Positions 58,047 through 64,000 of a stretch of DNA of 64,000 bases are shown piece after piece. The notes beneath the pieces are model-generated. The model saw nothing but the letters and a program-made list of their open reading frames with translations. It ran no database searches and had not been told where the DNA came from. The first letter of the stretch is position 1; each line of letters opens with the position of its first letter. Position numbers and translations under genes: made by a program. The stretch lies in NCBI GenBank assembly GCA_039804105.1, contig JBDRZU010000002.1, positions 160,001 through 224,000 of the forward strand, given 5' to 3'. This DNA is from a candidate division WOR-3 bacterium (GTDB lineage: Bacteria > Hydrothermota > 32-111).

Positions 58047-61000
58047 TATTTTTGAATCGGTATGTCCAAAAATTTCAGGATCATACATTTCAAAAACTGA
58101 GGCAGGTGGGACACCAAATCTTCCAGATACTGTTGCTTTGACAAAATATGTGAAAACATGTTCTCCTTCGTAAAGGTATATAGAACTTGTTAAAACTTTA
58201 TCCCTATAGAACTCTTCATGATAAAAATCCCCCCACCATGAATTTTTGAAATTAAAGCCTGCAAGGTTCAAGAATTCTGTTAGAAACTCCCTCTTTACTA
58301 TTTCAAAACCTGCAGGAATGTTGTCTTCAAGAACAACAAAAGTTCTTGGTTTATCTGTTGTAATTTTTAGTTTGATCTTATAGAATTCTCCCTTTTTGAA
58401 ACTTTTTACTGGTTCATCGTTAATATTTAAATATTCCCTTTCAATTGTAAAACCATTAAACAGTTTTTTTTCTATTTCTGTTTTTGTATATCTGTATTTT
58501 AATGTGTAATAAAATCTGCCTTTTCCTTTTTTTTCAAACTTTAATATATTGATACTATCGTTAAAATTCTTTCCCTCTAAAATATAAGTTGAACCATTAT
58601 CTCTTTTTCCCTTAAAACTCTTTTTATAAAATGTTTTATCATTAAACTTCAAAAATATTTTAAAATCTGTTGGTTCTTTTTCATATATTTTATAGTACTC
58701 GTTCAGAGCCTCAAGAACCAAAGATGTTGTATGTGTATTCAACCAGAATCCATTTTTTAAGTTTTTAAAAATATAGTTAACAACAAACTGTGCATATTCA
58801 TAATTACCTTCTGTTTTTAAAATTGAAGTAAGAAATGTTGCAGTTGCCTTTAAATTGTTGTTAAAAAACCACCAATCTGAAAATTTTTCCTCAAAGAAAA
58901 GATAATCTGATTCAAATTTTGCGTTTGATTTTATTTCAGATAGAAGAGTCTTTTGTTCATTTATTAAAGAATAATTTTTTAGTGTTTCAACCAATCTCGC
59001 CTTTTCTGCAAGATACAGTTTGTCTCTGTTGGTAAATATTTCCTTGATTTTCTCGCGATGGTTCAATCTTCCATATAATGATAAAACATAAAGAGAAAAT
59101 GCTTCCAATGAATATTTTGCATTTAAACTGTATCCCCATAAACTATTATGATTTTCTTCCAACAAACTCTCTAAATAGTTTAAACCTTTTTCTTTTACTT
59201 TGTCACTAATCATATACCCTTTAGCAATTGCATGATAGATAACATACATCGTATACACTGAAAGATACTCATTTTCATAAACATCACTTTCAAAATATTT
59301 GAAACCGCCATTCTCAGATTGAAAAGTTCCTATATCCTTTAAAATTGAAGCAACGAATTTTCGTAAAGTCGTTCCTTTCAATTCTGATAGACTATAAAGG
59401 TTTATAATATCCTCACCTACAATCAGTGGAAAAATTCTTGAAAGTTTTTGTTCCAAACACAGGTACTGATAATCTTTAAGATAATCAAATGGAAGAATCA
59501 TTCCACCTATTAAAGTAGAATTTAGATTTATTTTTATAGAACTTTTACTTTTGTTAACACCTTTTGAAACATTGAAATACTCTATCACTTCAGAACTATC
59601 AGAAGAAGAAAATAACGAAGAATACTCATAAAGATTATGGTTTATTATTGGCAGATTTAAAACCATTCCATCAGTTATCGAATCTTTCTCAACCTTTATA
59701 TATATTTTGGCACTATCTTCGAAAAGCACATTTCCTTTAAAATCCACTAAAATCTTTTGGTCTGAACCGTTAAATTTTTTGGTCTTCTCTAAAAATTCTA
59801 TCTCTTTTGAAAAAATCGTTGCTTTAACATCCCCCTTTTTGTTAGAATTATCAAGTACAACAAACGAAAAATCCACTTCATCAAAAGGTCTCAAGAATAA
59901 TGGGAAAGAAGGACTAACAATAATTTCTTTATCAACTCTTATACTTTTTTCTTTTATATTAAATTTTTCTTCATCAAAAGTAATACACACGATTCTGAAT
60001 TTTCCCATATTATCAGGTAACTTAAACTTTATTTTCAGATCTTTTCTATTCGAAAACTCAATATCCTTTTTGTAAAAAACAAGTGATTTAAAATCTTTTC
60101 TAAATTTTATATCCATTTCTTTTTCAAAATATTCTTCTGTTTTTATATCGGATGATACATCTAAATTTTCCGTGTACTTTTTATCTTTGTAAGATACAGA
60201 ACTCAACTCCTCTGAATGATACCCGTCCATCATCTTAGAACCATAATATCGAAAAATCGATGGAGGATAAAAATTGTCAGAGTTAACGAAACTCACATCG
60301 TTTGAATAATATGAATAAAAAATATTTAAAGGATCATTATAATTATAACCAGTTAACATGAGAACAGATTCATCAACAACAAAAAGAACAGCATTACACT
60401 TCTTTTTTTCATCCGTCTTGAGTTCAACTGTAACAGAATCACCAGGCGAATATTTTTCTCTATCTGTTAACATTTCAAACTTCAATCTTTTCGATTCACT
60501 TGAAACATCTATAAAATGTGTTGTTATCTTTGGATTGTTGTACAAAGAATCAGATTTTAAATTAAAAATTGAAAAGTAAAATCCTCCATAAAAATTTTCT
60601 TCAACAGGTATTTTCAAAAGCAGAGTATCATTATCTTTAAAAGAAAGATTGTCAAACTTAAAGATAGAATCTTTATTTATATAGTAGTAATGTTCAACAT
60701 CCTTATCATTTGAAGTGATTTTCAAAATCACTGTATCTCCAACATTATATTTATCTTTATTTTTTAAAACATGAATTCCACTATCATCGTCATCATAATA
60801 AAAAAATCCCTTATAAAACCTATCTACTATTCTGTCACCGTCATAAAGTAATTCCACTTTATAATATGAATTTTTTGGAAGTTTTATCCAGAAAGAATCA
60901 ACCTTCTGATCTGTAAAAAATTGAAAACTTTTTATTGTATCATGTAACGAATCGTTGTATGTAAAAGGTTTAAAAATATTCAAAATAATTTTTTCTCCTT

Positions 61001-63464
61001 TAACAGGCAAATCATATTCATCAACTACCACAACCTCTATAAGACAAGAATCATCATTTTCAGATATATGAGATATTTTAAGTCCAGCATACCTATCTTT
61101 TATATTTTTTGTAAACGATATATTTTTTGAAACCATTTCCTTATTCAAATCTTTCACAGTTGCAATAAAATTTATAGAAACAGGATTTTTTCTCTTTTCT
61201 ATTGGAATCTTTTCTTTGAACAAAAATTTACCATCACGATCAAGAACATATCTTTTTTCGAAAATATTTTTTTGTTCTTTATCAATTTCAGAATAAATAT
61301 AAAAATTAAAATCGTAAAATTTTTGTGAAAAGAATGGAACTTCTGTTATCTGAAGATAACAGAATAAAGAATCGTTTGCCATTTGAAAACCTGAAAGATA
61401 TTTTGCCTCGATAGAAACTTCTACATCGTCATCATATAAAAATTTATTTTTTGAATTTACAATAACTTCAAACTTGGGCTCTTTAAACTCCTGAACCATA
61501 AAAGATGTTTGACCCACAAAAATCTCTTTAGAATAAAAATTAACATAATAGTAGCCGGTCTTAAAAGTATCCTCTATGCTAAAATTCAATAGAAAAGATC
61601 CGTTTTTATCAAGTTTTATGGATCCTTCTTTTATCTGCTTATATTCTGGATTTAAAATGAAATATTCAATATTCTTTATTTTGGGTAAAAAAATTCTATT
61701 CCCTTTAGATTCTCTTATTATTCCAGTTATCAGAACACTATCGTTTAAAGTGTAAAGATTTCTATCAGTAAACAGATAACCTTTGTAAAAATTCTCACTT
61801 TTTTCAAAATATAATGGAAAAATTAAATTTTTGCTTCCATTTTCCACATAGATAAACCTTGCTGTTTCAGAATTATTTTTTTGAAAAAATTTTATCTCAT
61901 TATTTTTTAACTGAAAGATTCCATCTTTTAGATTCTTACTGAATCTTTCTTTACCATTTTGATCAAATATTTTCAGTTTTACATTACCTTTAAATGTTTG
62001 GTTCGATTCATAATCTGAAACAACAAGAAAACCATTTTTGTTTGATAAAACCCCACTAACTTTTAATGGCGTTTTTTGATAAATAAACTCAAATCCATAA
62101 TCGTTATTATCCAAATAGTATTCAAGATAACCAAAACCAATGTTCTCTTTCAACGAAAATTCTTTTAAAAGATCTATACTATCCGTATATAGAAAATTTT
62201 TATTTACATCAAATTCAAATTTTTTATTTTTCCAGCTTTTGTAATCATTAGCATAATTTAAATTTATAAAATCTTGGATGAATTCTCGTTTGGTTCTTTC
62301 TTTTACATATACTTTAATATTGTTAAGATTCATCAATGAAAAATTCAACATCAAATTGTTACTTTTTCTTAAATAACTTTGGTTGAAAAGAACAAAAGGT
62401 TGATAATCTTTTACAAATATTTTATATTTACCAGGATTTTTTATTTTTTGATTGAAAATGTCTTTCAAATTACCATTGATCTTTAGAAAATACTCTCCGT
62501 CAGGTTTTAGTTCCTTGGTCAGATAAAATATCGTCGACTCATCATGGTAAAAATAATCCAAAATATTTTCTTCTTTGCCATCTGAGACGAATTTTACATT
62601 TTTAATGATTTCATCAACCTTTACCGGTGTAGAAAACTCTATATAAAAAGAGGTTTTTTGATTGAAAATCGGTAAACAGGAATCAGATTTATGAACAAAT
62701 TTGAAATCATCATATATTGAAAATCTCAAAACAATCTTTTCTCTCATGAATTCTTCATTGAAGATTTCCAAAGAATAATCTTTTGCCTTTTTAAAACCTC
62801 CCTTTTCTTTTACCCTAACACAATAAAAAGAGGATGTATCATTTTTACTATAAAAATATTCATAATTGTAATATGTTTCTTTACCTGTTCTTTTTGATTC
62901 TTCAATAATCTTTTCAACCGCTTTATCCCCACATTTCAATATAATACTTTTACTCAAAATCTCAAAAGGAATCTTATAGTTAAAAATTATATAAAAGAAA
63001 GAATCTGAATGGATCTTGTAGTATGAGGTTTTTACGATATTCAAACTCACAGGTCTGATTGTTAAATTAAAATCTTCTGAAAGAACAGAAGAATCCAAAG
63101 ATAAAACACCTTTCTCCAGAATAAATCTATAAGATTGTGATGGTATGAAAGAATCAGTATAAAAAACTATACTATTTTTTCCTTTACTTTTAAAAACACC
63201 TTTTAAAGGTGGATCACATTTATATTTTACATTCAAACTTTCAACATCCTGTAAAGGAAGAATATCCTTTGAAAAAGTAAAAACTATCTCCTTTATTCTT
63301 TCATCAACAAAAACATTACTCTCTGGGATTGTTGAAACAACCTCAATTTTTCCATAATTTGATTCAAAATGACTTATTTTATCTGTATAAACAATGTCAT
63401 TGAACGAAAATAAATTCAACGGTAAAGATATAAAAATAAAAGTGAAAAAATAATAAATCATCAT
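58032..63464 (-). CDS. Bacterial alpha-2-macroglobulin family protein
   Basis: FTDRNLY (MG2), QEFKEPKFEV, TDREKYSPGD, FKLPDN, thioester motif CLEQ at 59448-59459, EDNIPAGFE, PPASVFEMY. Confidence 0.93.
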   Translation of the reverse strand: MMIYYFFTFIFISLPLNLFSFNDIVYTDKISHFESNYGKIEVVSTIPESNVFVDERIKEIVFTFSKDILPLQDVESLNVKYKCDPPLKGVFKSKGKNSIVFYTDSFIPSQSYRFILEKGVLSLDSSVLSEDFNLTIRPVSLNIVKTSYYKIHSDSFFYIIFNYKIPFEILSKSIILKCGDKAVEKIIEESKRTGKETYYNYEYFYSKNDTSSFYCVRVKEKGGFKKAKDYSLEIFNEEFMREKIVLRFSIYDDFKFVHKSDSCLPIFNQKTSFYIEFSTPVKVDEIIKNVKFVSDGKEENILDYFYHDESTIFYLTKELKPDGEYFLKINGNLKDIFNQKIKNPGKYKIFVKDYQPFVLFNQSYLRKSNNLMLNFSLMNLNNIKVYVKERTKREFIQDFINLNYANDYKSWKNKKFEFDVNKNFLYTDSIDLLKEFSLKENIGFGYLEYYLDNNDYGFEFIYQKTPLKVSGVLSNKNGFLVVSDYESNQTFKGNVKLKIFDQNGKERFSKNLKDGIFQLKNNEIKFFQKNNSETARFIYVENGSKNLIFPLYFEKSENFYKGYLFTDRNLYTLNDSVLITGIIRESKGNRIFLPKIKNIEYFILNPEYKQIKEGSIKLDKNGSFLLNFSIEDTFKTGYYYVNFYSKEIFVGQTSFMVQEFKEPKFEVIVNSKNKFLYDDDVEVSIEAKYLSGFQMANDSLFCYLQITEVPFFSQKFYDFNFYIYSEIDKEQKNIFEKRYVLDRDGKFLFKEKIPIEKRKNPVSINFIATVKDLNKEMVSKNISFTKNIKDRYAGLKISHISENDDSCLIEVVVVDEYDLPVKGEKIILNIFKPFTYNDSLHDTIKSFQFFTDQKVDSFWIKLPKNSYYKVELLYDGDRIVDRFYKGFFYYDDDDSGIHVLKNKDKYNVGDTVILKITSNDKDVEHYYYINKDSIFKFDNLSFKDNDTLLLKIPVEENFYGGFYFSIFNLKSDSLYNNPKITTHFIDVSSESKRLKFEMLTDREKYSPGDSVTVELKTDEKKKCNAVLFVVDESVLMLTGYNYNDPLNIFYSYYSNDVSFVNSDNFYPPSIFRYYGSKMMDGYHSEELSSVSYKDKKYTENLDVSSDIKTEEYFEKEMDIKFRKDFKSLVFYKKDIEFSNRKDLKIKFKLPDNMGKFRIVCITFDEEKFNIKEKSIRVDKEIIVSPSFPLFLRPFDEVDFSFVVLDNSNKKGDVKATIFSKEIEFLEKTKKFNGSDQKILVDFKGNVLFEDSAKIYIKVEKDSITDGMVLNLPIINHNLYEYSSLFSSSDSSEVIEYFNVSKGVNKSKSSIKINLNSTLIGGMILPFDYLKDYQYLCLEQKLSRIFPLIVGEDIINLYSLSELKGTTLRKFVASILKDIGTFQSENGGFKYFESDVYENEYLSVYTMYVIYHAIAKGYMISDKVKEKGLNYLESLLEENHNSLWGYSLNAKYSLEAFSLYVLSLYGRLNHREKIKEIFTNRDKLYLAEKARLVETLKNYSLINEQKTLLSEIKSNAKFESDYLFFEEKFSDWWFFNNNLKATATFLTSILKTEGNYEYAQFVVNYIFKNLKNGFWLNTHTTSLVLEALNEYYKIYEKEPTDFKIFLKFNDKTFYKKSFKGKRDNGSTYILEGKNFNDSINILKFEKKGKGRFYYTLKYRYTKTEIEKKLFNGFTIEREYLNINDEPVKSFKKGEFYKIKLKITTDKPRTFVVLEDNIPAGFEIVKREFLTEFLNLAGFNFKNSWWGDFYHEEFYRDKVLTSSIYLYEGEHVFTYFVKATVSGRFGVPPASVFEMYDPEIFGHTDSKIIEIE

Positions 63465-63468
63465 ATTT

Positions 63469-64000
63469 TTATTTTAATATAAAAAATTTACAGGTATGAC
63501 TTTCATCACCGTCCTTTAATATTATAAAATAAGTTCCAGCTTTTAAACCTTTCAAATTTATTGTGTTAGATCCTATTTTTAATCTCTTCATTCTTTTTAC
63601 AATTTTTCCTGAAATATCATAGATAAAAAATCCATTATCACTTTTTGAGATATTTATTATCATTTCTCCTTTTAAAAATTCTACTTTTGAGTTTTTATTA
63701 ATTCTTTTTTCGATTGGACCTGAGAAAGTTGATTGTAAAATGTAAAACTCTTGACATGCGAGATAAACTTTATCAGATTTGACATCTAAACCCATAGAGT
63801 TACCAATAGGTCTTGAGTAGGCAATCTCTTTTATATTCGTTACATCAGATACATCAAGAATTCTTATACCGTTGTAATAATCGCAAGCATACAAATTGTT
63901 TCCAGATTTTACCAACTCAAAAAAATCACCTGTTGTAGGATAGTAATTTGTTTCTATTGGGAAAGATGGATTTGAAATATCAATAATTCTTAAACCTTCA
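63469..64000 (-). CDS. LVIVD-repeat protein with T9SS-like C-terminal domain, 5' end beyond the window
   Basis: The frame is open to the window edge (GLRIIDISNPSFP...GIRILDVSD); C-terminus IYDISGKIV...LKAGTYFI. Confidence 0.85.
   Translation of the reverse strand, partial: EGLRIIDISNPSFPIETNYYPTTGDFFELVKSGNNLYACDYYNGIRILDVSDVTNIKEIAYSRPIGNSMGLDVKSDKVYLACQEFYILQSTFSGPIEKRINKNSKVEFLKGEMIINISKSDNGFFIYDISGKIVKRMKRLKIGSNTINLKGLKAGTYFIILKDGDESHTCKFFILK

Noticed and set aside
2637..60579. About 45 short ORFs in the track that overlap longer genes (e.g. 2637-2849, 15894-16247, 32879-33304, 59707-60075)
   Set aside because: Antisense or alternate-frame shadows of well-supported CDS, with no motifs or independent signals.
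1..64000. CRISPR array, IS element, prophage, rRNA or riboswitch
   Set aside because: No periodic repeats, transposase, integrase or phage genes were seen, and intergenic gaps are too short (mostly under 140 nt) for such elements.
1..64000. Alternative genetic code (stop codon reassignment)
   Set aside because: Conserved genes are full length under code 11, and TAA, TAG and TGA all end genes at expected positions.

Overview
Very AT-rich (roughly 27-30% GC by eye), extremely compact bacterial chromosome segment from a diderm. T9SS-like C-terminal sorting domains, a Lol-like ABC system and the overall gene content suggest an FCB-related candidate lineage such as WOR-3/TA06; this is inference only. 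There are about 50 CDS and four tRNAs (Pro-TGG, His-GTG, Arg-TCT, Lys-CTT), and no mobile element or CRISPR array was seen. Main blocks, left to right: pilB-dinG-histidine phosphatase; a Wzx/Wzy-type polysaccharide operon; a GAF/HD-GYP phosphodiesterase; an ~18.6 kb minus-strand run from secD-secF through a cNMP-binding protein, a secreted phospholipase D and a lipid-linked glycosylation cluster (three GT2 polyprenol-P-sugar synthase-like genes, a flippase-like protein, a YfhO GT-C) to coaE and comEA; a bioY/Lol-like ABC export operon; yajC-fmt-purF; malic enzyme; a beta-flower-like repeat operon; manC-SPOR-rdgB-tRNAs; and alpha-2-macroglobulin next to a soluble-adenylyl-cyclase-like STAND/TPR protein. 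Strongest signals from my own reading: (1) exported proteins are several-fold enriched in the Bacteroidota O-glycosylation sequon D-[ST]-[AILVMT], pointing to a general protein O-glycosylation system with candidate machinery beside secDF; (2) SecF carries an inserted Ig-like domain and is followed in frame by a cNMP-binding ORF with no canonical start codon; (3) eleven sigma70-like promoters share a 16-bp spacer, and five of them look leaderless; (4) the rdgB stop codon lies inside tRNA-Pro. All counts were made by hand and no database searches were run.
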